Source: Eledone cirrhosa (Eukaryota). From it: a DNA stretch of 64,000 nt. The notes beneath the pieces are model-generated. The model did not search any database. It had not been told where the DNA came from and saw nothing but the letters and a program-made list of their open reading frames with translations. The stretch covers positions 9,672,001-9,736,000 of the forward strand of contig OZ024762.1 of assembly GCA_964016885.1 (NCBI GenBank), given 5' to 3'. Made by a program: the position numbers and the translations under genes. This document shows positions 51,500 to 64,000 of the stretch, in pieces (position 1 is the first letter of the stretch; every line of letters starts with the position of its first letter).

Positions 51500-52144
51500 A
51501 ATTTACATTACTTTAAATCCACTATTGTATTTTTGTGGTAAAGGCTTTATCTCACATAATATCAAATCTATGAGATTTTGATATTATTTATATTGAGAAC
51601 AATACCTTAACGTCAGTATGAGTGGCCAGTTATGGCTGGTTTGAACAGAAAGGGGTCAGAAAATGGCCGGATATGGCCAGTTTAAATGCTAATAAAGGAA
51701 AGAGCTAATAAAGAGGCTTAATCCCTTTAGCATTTACATTACTCTATATATACTATTATATTTTCATGGTAAAGGCTTTACCTTACATAATTATTTCACA
51801 TAATATCGAATCTATGAGATTTTGATATTATTTATTTTGAGAACAATACCATAACATCAGTATGAGTGGTCAGTTTGATCAGAAAGAGGTGAGAGAATTC
51901 TGGCTGGATACGGCCAGGTTAACCCTTTATCATTTACATTATTCTATATTTACTAATTATATTTTCACGGTAAAAGCTTTACCTTACATACTTATCTCTC
52001 ATAATATCAAATCTATGAGATTTTGATGTTATTTATTTTGAGTACAATACCTTAACATCAGTATGAGCAGCCAGGTACAGCCAGTTTGAACAGAAAGTAG
52101 TGGGAGAATTCTAGCCGGATATTGCCGGTTTAAATGCTAAAGGG
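51500..52144. mobile_element. Three tandem TTAA MITE copies
   Basis: Repeated MITE body; TTAA-CCCTTTA at 51919; AAAGGG-TTAA at 52144. Confidence 0.85.
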
Positions 52145-52295
52145 TTAAAGAGAAAATCTTTTTTTTTTCTGTAGATTTAGTAGCAAAACTCAGAGAATAG
52201 GAGAATAAAAGAATAGAAAAAAACAAGTAATTCTTTTTTTTTTTAACCCCAAACATGTTTATTTAACTCTACTGGGATGAAAGAATGGTATTTAA

Positions 52296-52630
52296 CTAAT
52301 GTAATGGTACGCGATGGGGCCCACCCACAGCCCCGGTGGACAGAATGGAGAAGGCGTTTCCCCGGAGGACGGCAAGGGAGACGCGCTGGAAAAGCCACTC
52401 CAACTCGCGGGGCTCACACCTACGGCTGGCCAGCCAGCTCAGCGCCTATGGTGGTGAGTAAGGAGGTGGCCCTGGGACCGAGGACACCAGAAGTCTCCAC
52501 TGCCAGGAGAACGACCGCAAACCTGTCGGAGAGCGACCGGTATTTGAGGAGTTTGGCCCCCTCAGCCCGACGTGCAGCAGAACCTGGGTCAGTCGCAGAC
52601 TGCACCAGGTTGCGGTTGCAGAAAGTAAAA
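52296..52630 (-). pseudogene. CRE-clade non-LTR retrotransposon C-terminal (restriction-like endonuclease) fragment
   Basis: GSAARRAEGAKLLKYRSLSDRFAVVLLAVETSGVLGPRA, frameshift near 52430, EPRELEWLFQRVSLAVLRGNAFSILST; GC-rich island. Confidence 0.85.
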
Positions 52631-52837
52631 TGAGGAATTTCAAGATAGTAAATATATATATATAATAAATGATGTCTGAAAATGGGAACAAAACAAGTAG
52701 TGACATGTCCATAATTTTTACATGACTGTATGTGTGTGTGTATATATATGTATATATATACAAACACATATATGTATACACACACATATATATATATATA
52801 TTTGTGCTAGCGTGGAAGAATGGAGGTAAAACGGTGA

Positions 52838-52872
<35 letters not shown>

Positions 52873-53027
52873 TGTGTGTGTGTATATATATATATGTGTG
52901 TGTATGTGAAAAAATTTGGGACCCCGACAGCTGAGTTCAGCCATTAGGTTGCCAAATTTTTCATATTACCCACTCTACTACCCCAAGTATTGAGTACTCT
53001 GATGAGTATTGGTCTAACTGGTTCCAT

Positions 53028-53068
<41 letters not shown>

Positions 53069-53602
53069 GCATACATATAAATGAATGTATACACACGCAT
53101 ACACACATAAACATACGCGTCAGCATGTTGAAAAAAATCCTAGTATATTTGAGTTTCAACAATATACAAACACACACAGACACACTCAAATACACACACA
53201 GACACACACACATTTCTCCACACACATACACACACACACATTTCTCCATTATATTCGTATAAAGAATTACGCAGACTTCAATTCTCTTCCCCCCCCCCCC
53301 ATTTGAATATTAAATAAACTCAATCAATAGATCTAGGAATGAAGACAAAACTTAAGAAAACATTGACGCTTAGCTACTTCCCTCCCCTACACACTCATAC
53401 ACACACACACACACCTGTTCATCCCCCCACACTCCACCCCGACCCACCTCTGAAAAAAATAACAACAACATAAACAGTCCAATTTCTCTTGTGATTTTTC
53501 TCAATGGGATAGGAAAGAAAAGATATTTGTTGACTGTTTTAAAAAGGTTGGACAGATATTAACTCCTGCTGGAGAACATAGCAGATTTTTTTTTATGTTA
53601 AA

Positions 53603-54592
53603 TCATCATCATCATTACCATCACCTTTTAATGTCCATGTCTCCATGCTGGCATGGGTTAGAAGAGTTATCCTGTTGTGAGCAATGCTAAGTCAGGGTGC
53701 CATGTCTTGCTCCTACACAACCGATTTTGGCTTGGTTTCTACAGCTGGATGCCCTTCTTAGCACCAACCTCATTTACAGTGAGTACTGAGTGCTGTTTGT
53801 CGTGACGCCTATACAACCTCATTTACAGTGGGTACTGGGTGCTTTTTGTCGTGACGCCTATACAACCACTTTACAGTGAGTACTTGGTGCTTTTTGTTGT
53901 GTCGCCTATACAACCACTTAACAGTGTGGGCTGGGTGCTTTTTGTCGTGACGCCTATACAACCACTTTACAGTGAGTACTTGGTGCTTTTTGTTGTGTCG
54001 CCTATACAACCACTTAACAGTGTGGGCTGGGTACTTTTTGTTGTGTCGCCTATACAACCACTTTACAGTGAGTACTTGGTGCTTTTTGTTGTGTCGCCTA
54101 TACAACCACTTAACAGTGTGGGCTGGGTGCTTTTTGTTGTGTCGCCTATACAACCACTTTACAGTGAGTACTTGGTGCTTTTTGTTGTGTCGCCTATACA
54201 ACCACTTAACAGTGTGGGCTGGGTGCTTTTTGTTGTGTCGCCTATACAACCACTTTACAGTGAGTACTTGGTGCTTTTTGTTGTGTCGCCTATACAACCA
54301 CTTTACAGTGAGTACTTGGTGCTTTTTGTTGTGTCGCCTATACAACCACTTAACAGTGTGGGCTGGGTGCTTTTTGTTGTGTCGCCTATACAACCACTTT
54401 ACAGTGAGTACTTGGTGCTTTTTGTTGTGTCGCCTATACAACCACTTTACAGTGAGTACTTGGTGCTTTCTGTTGTGTCGCCTATACAACCACTTTACAG
54501 TGAGTACTTGGTGCTTTTTGTTGTGATGCCATCATGACCACTTTACTGTTGTGGGTTGGGTGCTTTATGCCATGTCGCCATCATGACCACTT
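53603..54592 (-). repeat. RTE-type 3' UTR with expanded 48-bp array (two interspersed unit variants)
   Basis: (CAT)n tail, CCATGCTGGCATGG, GGATGCCCTTC, then about 16 units GTGCTTTTTGTTGTGTCGCCTATACAACCACTT(T/A)ACAGTG(AGTACTTG/TGGGCTGG). Confidence 0.9.
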
Positions 54593-55309
54593 TATAAGGG
54601 CAGAGAGGGGGGAGCAAGCAGAGAGTGAGGGGGTGGGCAGAGAGAAAGGGGACATAGAGGGAAGCAGTGAGAAAGGAGGCAGAGAGAAAGAGCGAGGGAG
54701 AAAGCAAGAGAGAGGGGGAAGGGAGAGAGAGAGAGAAATAATTTTTAAAATACTATAAATAAAAAAATAAACAGTTTAAGGGAGGGGGAAATTGGTATTG
54801 TTGTTGTTGTAGAAGACAATGTTGTTGGTGAAATGGTTTCAGTGATGTTTTACTGATAGGTGACAGAACATGTAAATGTGGTGGTGGTGGAGGGGGATGT
54901 TAGTGGTGGTGGTAGAGGTGGAGGTGGTAGTGGTGGTGCTGGTATTGGTGATGGGGGTGTTGATGGAGGTGTTAGTGTTGGAGGTAGCGGTGGAGGTTGT
55001 GGTGGTGGTGGTATTGGTGGTGGATGTGTTAGGGTTGAAGGTGGTTGTGGGGAAGCTTCCTCTACTGACAACAGTTACATAACACCATCACACCATTAAT
55101 CCTTCCTAGTGCACTCACTTCCTTCAGTTTATTTAGATTGATAAAATAAAACTTTTTTGGTGGGGGGGAGGTTGTTTAGTTCAATCAGCAGTCTAGATTG
55201 AGAGTACCCCCCCCCCCCTTTTCCCTCCCCCCCAATCAAATTTGAAATACCTAACAGGTGCAGGCCAAGACATGTTCTCACATGCCCCCAGCCTAGGACA
55301 AAATGACAA

Positions 55310-55845
55310 AATTGCGACAGCATTGCCCTTCCCCCATGTGGAAAGAAACAAGTTGAAAAAACCCAGGACAAGATTACAAAGACATTGCCCTGCCCCCGGT
55401 GGAGGAAATTAAGGGATATGTATTGAAAGAGTCAAGGACAACATTACAAAAGGATTGCTCTGACCCCAGGTGGAGGACAGCAAGGGATATGGAGTGAAAG
55501 GGCCATGGACATTATGAAGGCATGGCCCTGACCCCATGTGGGGGAAAGCAAGGGATATGGAGTGAAAGGGCCATGGACATTACGAAGGCATGGCCCTGAC
55601 TCCATGTGGGGGAAAGCAAGGGCTATGGAGTGAAAGGGCCATGGACATTATGAAGGCATGGCCCTGACCCCATGTGGGGGAAAGCAAGGGATATGGAGTG
55701 AAAGGGCCATGGACATTACGAAGGCATGGCCCTGACTCCATGTGGGGGAAAGCAAGGGCTATGGAGTGAAAGAGCCCAGGATAACATTACGAAGTCATTG
55801 CTCTGACCCCATGTGGAGGAAAGCAAAGTATATGGATTGAAAGAG
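55310..55845. repeat. 68-bp minisatellite with alternating variants
   Basis: Period 68 (55507 to 55575); ATTATG/GACCCC alternates with ATTACG/GACTCC. Confidence 0.9.
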
Positions 55846-55862
55846 CTAATAAACAGGCGTAA

Positions 55863-56073
55863 CCCTTTAGCAATTACATTACTCTATATATACTATTGTA
55901 TTTTTGTGGTAAAAGCTTTATCTTACATGATTATCTCACAAAATATTGTATCTATGAGATTTTGATGTTATTTATTTTGAAAACAATACTGCAACACTGG
56001 TATGAGTCACCAATTACAGCCAGTTTGAACAGAAAGAGGTGAGAGAATTCTGGCCAGTTTAAGTGCTAAAGTG
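55863..56073. mobile_element. TTAA MITE copy (another at 57028-57236)
   Basis: CCCTTTAGCA...TGCTAAAGTG-TTAA. Confidence 0.8.
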
Positions 56074-56529
56074 TTAACTTGACATCTAGTTTTACTGCTG
56101 ACCCAGACAGTCCTATTGGTGGTAACTGCTCTCCGGACAGACTTAACTTGACAGCTAGTTTTATTCATTTCACCATCCAGCAATGTTATATATATATATT
56201 TTTTTTTTTCATCATTTTACGTCCACTTTTCCCTGCTTGCAAGGGTGGGACGGGAACTGATTCTGGCTTGATTTCTACAGCTGGATGCCCTTCCTAACAC
56301 CAACCTCATTTACAGTGAGAGCTGGGTGCTTTTTTGCCGTGGCCCAAGGCTATGGTAAAAGACATTTTCCCATGATGCCATAAAGTGGGATTGAACCTTG
56401 TGAAGCTAACTTCTTTACCATTTAGCCATGCTGCATCCATAAAACACAAAAGTCAGTGAACCATGTATTTTAATGTTATTGAACCAGATAATTTAATGCC
56501 ATTTAGTTCTCACACTCTGTATGTGTATG

Positions 56530-56618
<89 letters not shown>

Positions 56619-56665
56619 TGTATGTATATTATGTGTACGTTTGAACTTCATGAGTACCTCCTTAC

Positions 56666-56680
56666 CCAGGTTTAACACCC
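56666..56680 (-). other. Candidate 15-nt frame-preserving micro-exon
   Basis: cctttgttgttgttatatAG|GGGTGTTAAACCTGG|GTAAGG. Confidence 0.28.
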
Positions 56681-57587
56681 CTATATAACAACAACAAAGG
56701 CCAGACACAATAAAGATGATATCTTGGAATTCTCGTTAGTCATTAACGAGAGGCTATTCACATAAATTATTCATTAAACGATGCAGCAAGCTAACACGAT
56801 GATAACGAAACCTTCCTCAACAGACTTCATACAAAAATGAATTGATTACCAAGAAACTAATAAAACAAGCAATGTGGTGACTGACATAAAATAATCAAAC
56901 CCTGATGTAATATTGAACATTTAAAAGGGAGATAAATGGCTTTTAACTCTTAAAGAAATCATAGTGGAACTCTTCTGACATTGTGTACCCTGGACAATTT
57001 AAACCCAGTGGAGTTCATCACTCTTAACCCTTTAGCATTCACATTACTCTATATATACTATTATATTTTCATGGTAAAGGCTTTACCTCACATAATTATC
57101 TCACATAATATCGAATCTATGAGATTTTGAAAGTATTTATTTTGAGAACAATACCTTAACGTCAGTATGAGTGGCCGGTTACAGCCAGTTTCAACAGAAA
57201 GAGGTAGAGAATTCTGGCCGGATTTGGCTGGTTTGAACATAGCCGATTCCTTCTAGACAGAGATAGCAATACAGGAGAAATATAGTGAGGAATAATCAAC
57301 CCCAGTACAGAACTGGTACTATTGGGTCCCAAATAATAGGGGTGAGGGGCCTGACTCTCTACTACATTCACATGCTACTATTCCTAGTATTGAGTACTTT
57401 GCTGCATAATAGTCTTACTAGTTTAAAACTGGTATAATCCTGATATATATATTTATTAAAATATAGAGAAAAGCGAAATCAAATGTCCACAATAATAAGT
57501 AACTTTTTTGTGACTGTATTTCTAATAAAATACACACTATTTCAATTAATTAATGAAGAAGTTGGGATTTACTAAAATCATTAATTA

Positions 57588-57758
57588 CCGTATTTCTCAG
57601 GTCCGAAGACGCATCGTCCTCGGAGATGCACCCTAATTTTGACAACCAAAAATTTGAAAAAAAATAATAATAAACAACCTTCAGCCTCCAGGATGCATGG
57701 TAGATTTTTGAGACTTATTTTAGGGAAAAAATAGCATCTTCGACGCCAGAAAATACGG
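57588..57758. mobile_element. TA-TSD MITE (Tc1/mariner/pogo-type)
   Basis: TA-CCGTATTT..CGAAGACGC...GCATCTTCG..AAATACGG-TA. Confidence 0.85.
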
Positions 57759-57968
57759 TACTTCATTACTCAGATAGTAACTTAATGTAAGGTTCTTAAA
57801 TCTTTTGCAGCCATGTTTCTAATAAAATACACATTATATCAATTAATTAATGAAGAATTTGGAGGGATTCACAAAAATCATTATTGATTTCATTACTAAG
57901 ATAGTAACTTAACATCGAATCTATGAGATTTTAATGTTATTTATTTTGAGAACAATACCTTAACATCT

Positions 57969-58264
57969 TGGAAACAGAAGCTGACAAATAAGGAACTATA
58001 CAGATCACTACCACCAGTCTCAAAAAAAGTTGCCTGCAGACGAATGAAACTGGCTGGGCACTGCATCCGTCATCCAGGAGAGACATCATCACAACTTGTG
58101 CTCTGGAAACCGGTGGTAGGACGAAGAGGCATGGAAAGACAGGCCGTCTCATTCATTGATACCCTGCTGAGAGAGATGCCGACATTGATAGTATCGATGA
58201 ACTGAGAAATGTCTTGCTTGACTGGGACAATTGGAGAAAGTGTGCTGAATGTTTGCGAGTGTAA
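57969..58264 (+). pseudogene. RTE-clade LINE 3' fragment (third subfamily) inserted in a TTAA MITE
   Basis: WKQKLTNKELYRSLPPVSKKVACRRMKLAGHCIRHPGETSSQLVLWKP..FIDTLLR, frameshift, DELRNVLLDWDNWRK. Confidence 0.85.
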
Positions 58265-58269
58265 GCTAG

Positions 58270-59061
58270 GAAGAAGAAGAAGAAGAAGAAGAAGAAGAAG
58301 AAGAAGAAGAAGAAGAAGAAGAAGAAGAAGAAGAAGAAGAAGAAGGCGAAGGCGAAGGCGAAGGCGAAGAAGAAGAAGAAGAAGAAGAAGAAGGAGGAGG
58401 GGGATGAGGGGGAGGGGGGAGAAGGAGGAGGGGGAGAAGAAGAAGAAGGCAAAGAAGAAGAAGGCGAAGAAGAAGAAGAAGAAGAAGAAGAAGAAGAAGA
58501 AGAAGAAGCCGAAGAAGAAGAAGAAGAAGGCAAAGAAGAAGAAGAAGAAGAAGAAGAAGAAGAAGGCAAAGATGAAGAAGAAGAAGAAGAAGAAGAAGAA
58601 GAAGAAGAAGAAGAAGAAGAAGAAGAAGGCAAAGAAGAAGAAGGCAAAGAAGAAGAAGAAGAAGAAGGCAAAGAAGAAGGCAAAGAAGAAGAAGGCAAAG
58701 AAGAAGAAGAAGAAGAAGAAGAAGGCAAAGAAGAAGGCAAAGAAGAAGAAGGCAAAGAAGAAGAAGAAGAAGAAGAAGAAGGCAAAGAAGAAGGCAAAGA
58801 AGAAGAAGGCAAAGAAGAAGAAGAAGGCAAAGAAGAAGAAGAAGAAGGCAAAGAAGAAGAAGAAGAAGAAGAAGAAGGCAAAGAAGAAGAAGAAGAAGAA
58901 GAAGAAGAAGGCAAAGAAGAAAGCAAAGAAGAAGAAGAAGAAGAAGAAGAAAAAGAAGAAGAAGAAGAAGAAGAAGGCAAAGAAGAAAGCAAAGAAGAAG
59001 AAGAAGAAGAAGAAGAAGACGGCAAAGAAGAAGTAAGCAAAGAAGAAGGCAAAGAAGAAGA
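58270..59061. repeat. ~790-bp (GAA)n tract interrupted by GGCAAA
   Basis: Seen directly; follows the RTE stop codon. Confidence 0.97.
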
Positions 59062-59257
59062 AGTATGAGTGGCCGGTTCTGGCCAGTTTTGAACAGAAAG
59101 AGGTGAGGGAAATTCTGGCCGGATTCGGCCGGTTTAAATGCTAAAGGGTTAAACGATGCCATGTACCAGGTGCCTCTCTTCTGATAATCTATACCACACC
59201 AAAAAGCCACACACACACAAACAAACATCATAAGTAGTCCAGTTCTTCCCCACACCT

Positions 59258-59398
59258 CACTCACCCCGCCCTCCCACTCACCAGCTCACTCACCCCCACC
59301 CTCCCACTCACCAGCTCCCTCACCCCACCCTCCCACTCACCAGCTCCCTCACCCCACCCTCCCACTCACCAGCTCCCTCACCCCACCCTCCCACTCGC
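59258..59398. repeat. 29-bp C-rich minisatellite
   Basis: CTCACCCCACCCTCCCACTCACCAGCTCC, 4-5 copies. Confidence 0.9.
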
Positions 59399-59653
59399 CA
59401 TTTTTCTCTTGAACAAAAACATATTGAACATTTATTTCTATTATTTTTCCTGTTAATTATATATGCACTTCCATTATTCAGATAACATTTTATTCATTAT
59501 ATATTTATATTTTTATTTTCTGTATATATTGATTATAAAATTTGTTATTTTGTTTGTTTGTTTGTTTGTTTTTGGTTTTTGTTTTTGTTTTTGTTTTTCA
59601 TCCTTTTCAAAATAAATTTGGTGTTGAACATTACCAGACGTATTGATCATTTG

Positions 59654-59719
<66 letters not shown>

Positions 59720-59749
59720 GTATATATAAATATATACATATACCCACAT

Positions 59750-59782
<33 letters not shown>

Positions 59783-59834
59783 CCCACACACACACATATA
59801 TATATATATGTATATATAAATATATACATATATC

Positions 59835-59865
<31 letters not shown>

Positions 59866-59890
59866 GTATATATAAATATATACATATATC

Positions 59891-59921
<31 letters not shown>

Positions 59922-59946
59922 GTATATATAAATATATACATATATC

Positions 59947-59985
<39 letters not shown>

Positions 59986-59994
59986 GTAAAAGGT

Positions 59995-60125
59995 AAACAG
60001 GTAAACAACACAATCGGTACAGTATATGGAAGGGATATATTAGGTTAACGCTTGATATAACAGGAAGAGAGTCATAACGTTTCGGACGCTAGTGCTTCAT
60101 CAGAAGAAAGTATGAGAAATAAGAT
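59995..60125 (-). mobile_element. Penelope-like fragment with hammerhead motif
   Basis: CTGATGA-A-GCAC-TAGC-GTCC-GAAACGTT; homologous to 20705-20850. Confidence 0.7.
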
Positions 60126-60296
60126 AGATTGAGGGGACGATATATCTTTTGTCACACCACCAGTCTGAGGAGCAAGTCGATACTGGAGTCAGGTCCATAA
60201 CTCCTATGGGTCACCTTCATAAAAACCTCTGCAAAAGGCATGTAAAAGGCTGATACGCAATAAGTATGTAAACGAAGCTTCCTCGTTTTTTTCTAT

Positions 60297-60642
60297 TATC
60301 ATCATCATCATCATCATCATTTTACGTCCGCTTTTCCCTGCTTGCAAGGGTGGGACGGGAACTGATTCTGGCTTGATTTCTACAGCTGGATGCCCTTCCT
60401 AACACCAACCTCATTTACAGTGAGTGCTGGGTGCTTTTTTGCCGTGGCACCTCCACGACCACTTTGCAGTGGAATGATAGGGACCCCAGTCCCTATCATC
60501 TCATTTCTACAGCTGAGTAAACTGGAACAATGTGAAATAAAGTGTCTTGCTCAAGGAAACAACACATCACCCGGTCTGAGAATTGAACTCACAACCTTTC
60601 GATTGCAAGGCCAATGATCTAACCCCTAAGCCATGTGCCTTC
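60297..60642 (-). mobile_element. Full-length family-A SINE
   Basis: Near-identical to other copies; head abuts TA-rich repeat. Confidence 0.92.
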
Positions 60643-60793
60643 ATATTATATATATATTATATATACATATATATATATATATATATACATATTCTTCTAT
60701 GGGATATGTATTTGGTATAACTACAATATACTATGTTTCTTATATGATACATGGCTCTTTCTCTCTCTATATATACATATATCTTTCTCATTT

Positions 60794-60861
<68 letters not shown>

Positions 60862-60875
60862 CATATATATATATA

Positions 60876-61270
60876 CAAGGGCAATCCCAAAAGTAAGGTC
60901 TCCTTCCGATATTGCAACTTTTCCGTTAAAATCCTGTGGATGGTTCTTCGGGAAACCTCAGGAACTAAAATGCAGAGAGCATACAGAGTGATCCGCCAAT
61001 CTTTACGCATGTTTTCCTCGGAAGGAGACCTTACTTTTGGGATTGCCCTCGTATATAATAACTGCGCGAAATTTGCACTTGGCTGCGGTCGCGTTCAACG
61101 GGAGCTCCATTCTCAACGGCTGCCAAGCCAAGATTGAGCATCCCAGCGAAGTGCGCGCATGCTTGTTTGGGAGTGAAGGAAGCACCAATCACAACAGTGT
61201 TGCCAACAGCCGTACGAACAGTTTCTCTGCGTCCCCATCGCTTTGGAGACCTTACTTTTGGGATTACTCT
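60876..61270 (-). mobile_element. mariner deletion derivatives with three TIR copies
   Basis: TIR C(G/A)AGGGCAATCCCAAAAGTAAGGTCTCC with TA flanks (60876-61051); transposase remnants [31 protein letters not shown] and [18 protein letters not shown]. Confidence 0.87.
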
Positions 61271-61290
61271 CATATATATATATATATATA

Positions 61291-61389
61291 CAGGGTGTCC
61301 CAAAAAACATATATACACTTTGATTGCCTGTACAGGCAATATTTATTAGAATGCACAGCCTTATTGTATACATTTTGGGGGACACCCTG
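61291..61389. mobile_element. 99-bp Tc1/mariner-type MITE (partial second copy 61550-61629)
   Basis: TA-CAGGGTGTCCC...GGGACACCCTG. Confidence 0.82.
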
Positions 61390-61419
61390 TGTATGTATGT
61401 GTATATATATATATACATA

Positions 61420-61467
<48 letters not shown>

Positions 61468-61476
61468 GATATATAT

Positions 61477-61531
<55 letters not shown>

Positions 61532-61627
61532 GATATATATACACATATGTATACACACTTTGATTACCTGTACAGGCAATATTTATTAGAATGCTCAGAC
61601 TTTGTGTATTCATTGTATGGGATACCC

Positions 61628-61703
<76 letters not shown>

Positions 61704-62049
61704 AACACAAACACACACACACACACACACCACACATATATATATATATATACACATATATATACAGATGCATACATGCACATGTGCATCCAATCAACAC
61801 ACCCACACCCACACCTGCATGCATGTGTGTGTATGTGTGTATGTGTGTGTGTGGGGGGGGGGGGGTATGTTTAAAGAGATTCCTCAAATTCAACAAAAGA
61901 GGAAGAAACAAGACCGTTATTTTAACAATTGGCAGCGAACATCAAAATAATCTCAAGTGGGTTATATGAGAATTCTGTCTGCGGAGTTTAGAGTTACAGT
62001 TGTTGTCAAACAAAGTCACTGGAACAATGAAAGAGAATGGAATAGAAAG

Positions 62050-62104
<55 letters not shown>

Positions 62105-62201
62105 TACATACACATGTTCACATACATACATACACATATAAGTACATACGTACATTCACATACATACATACACATATAGGTACATACATACATTCACATA
62201 C

Positions 62202-62232
<31 letters not shown>

Positions 62233-62267
62233 GGTACATACACATGTTCACATACATACGTACACAC

Positions 62268-62298
<31 letters not shown>

Positions 62299-62327
62299 GA
62301 TAGATACATACACATGTTCACATACGT

Positions 62328-62362
<35 letters not shown>

Positions 62363-63075
62363 GGTACATACACGTTCACATACATACATTCACATATAGG
62401 CACATATATACACATACATACATACACATATATATATATATAGACACATACACACATATGTATATAGGCGCATACACATATATATAGGCACATTCACATT
62501 TATATAGACACATACACATATATATAGGTTCATACAGACATTCACATACATACATACACATATATATAGACACATACACACATATATATATAGGCAGATA
62601 CACACATACATAGGCACATACACACAAAGATATACACACATATATATATGCACATATACACATAGATGCATAAACATTTACACACAAACACACGCATAGG
62701 GACATACACACATAGACATACACCCATACATATACAGACACATATACAGAGATGCATACACACTGACACAGACACATAGTTGCATACATACACAGAGACA
62801 CATACATAGGCCCATAGGCACATACACACATTGACTTATACACACAGAAACACATACACACATAGGCACATACACACATACACACATAGGCACATACATA
62901 CGTAAACATATACACATTAGGCACATACACACATAAACACATAAAAACACAGGCACACAGACACATACATACACACACATACATACATACACACAAGCAC
63001 ATACACACAGACATACACATTCACACAGACATACACACACGCACACACAGACATACATACACACGTACACACATA
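62050..63075. repeat. (TA)n/(CA)n degenerate microsatellite
   Basis: Seen directly. Confidence 0.93.
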
Positions 63076-63235
63076 CAACACAACAAATTTCATTTATAAT
63101 TCATTCATAAGATCTTGATGAGAACAATATTTATTCTCCCGGAATTTAATGATGAATAAACTATTAATTTTGTATAATCTTATTATTTATAAGAACTATT
63201 TATATACACACACACATATATATAGTGGGTGTATA

Positions 63236-63269
<34 letters not shown>

Positions 63270-63311
63270 TTAAGTCAAATATTTAAAATTTGGCTTCGTT
63301 TATTAAAGATG

Positions 63312-63369
63312 TACTGTTATATATATTTCGGTGACAGCCATCATTGGCTGTGACCTCTTCAGGCAGTCC
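63312..63369 (-). ncRNA. Type-I hammerhead ribozyme motif
   Basis: ACTGC-CTGAAGA-GGTcACAGCCA-ATGA-TGGCTGTcACC-GAAA-TATATA-TA-ACAGT. Confidence 0.75.
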
Positions 63370-63530
63370 GAATTGGTGTGGTAGAGACGAGTACACATGT
63401 TGTTGAAGTGTTTTACTCCGTCAATACTCCGATATGTCCAGCTCCTGGTTGGGTTGTTGTTTCTCTGAGGAACTGGAATCGAGTGCTCCAATCTGCATAC
63501 TGAGGTGTCGGTAAACAACCAACATATACT

Positions 63531-63570
<40 letters not shown>

Positions 63571-63662
63571 GTATATTCTGTACACGAATATATAATTAAA
63601 TATATATGACCGTCTAACCCATGCTAGCGTGGAATAACGGACATAAAACGGTGATGATGATG

Positions 63663-63693
<31 letters not shown>

Positions 63694-64000
63694 TAACAGA
63701 TTAAAGTTTAAGCAAAGATTCACTGCTTTCACCCTTAACGGGATCTTCTGAAACTAAAAAAAATCAATCTGTGAACGCAGAAGTAAATATTTCGAAAAAC
63801 GTTACACACTATATATATATATACGCACACTATATATACATATACACACACACACACACACACAGCGTCATAATGTCGTAATGCAGACAGCCAGGTAATG
63901 TTGTTGTTGTTGTTGTTGTTGATGGTGGCGGTGGTAGTAGTGTTGTTGGTGGTGGTGGTGCTGGTGGTGATAATGATGGTAGTTTTGTTGGCAATAGTAA

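Noticed and set aside
58153-59264. Poly-Lys/Ser/Leu ORFs
   Set aside because: (GAA)n repeat translation

Overview
This is AT-rich, microsatellite-saturated eukaryotic non-coding DNA. The SINE, LINE and MITE repertoire and the (TA)n/(CA)n load strongly resemble a coleoid cephalopod (octopus-like) genome; that assignment is inference. No intact host protein-coding gene is visible. Nearly all ORFs in the track are translations of simple repeats, and the rest are pseudogenised retroelement or transposase fragments (RTE, Tx1/L1, CRE, mariner). The window contains two tRNA-derived SINE families, several RTE 3' ends, TTAA (piggyBac-type), TA (Tc1/mariner-type) and 8-bp-TSD (hAT-type) MITEs, an 8-kb 37-bp satellite and several minisatellites grown from mobile-element parts. 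The most notable signals are: (1) a clean minus-strand branch point + pyrimidine tract + CAG|GTAAG site at about 35.49 kb (candidate recursive splice site), with two co-oriented candidate micro-exons, suggesting the window lies in a giant intron; (2) about ten minimal type-I hammerhead ribozyme motifs with palindromic stem III, in Penelope-like fragments that often sit in (TA)n as fold-back inverted pairs; (3) visible SINE/LINE tail sharing and tail swapping; (4) many long hairpins that could be dsRNA-editing substrates. None of these has been validated computationally or experimentally.
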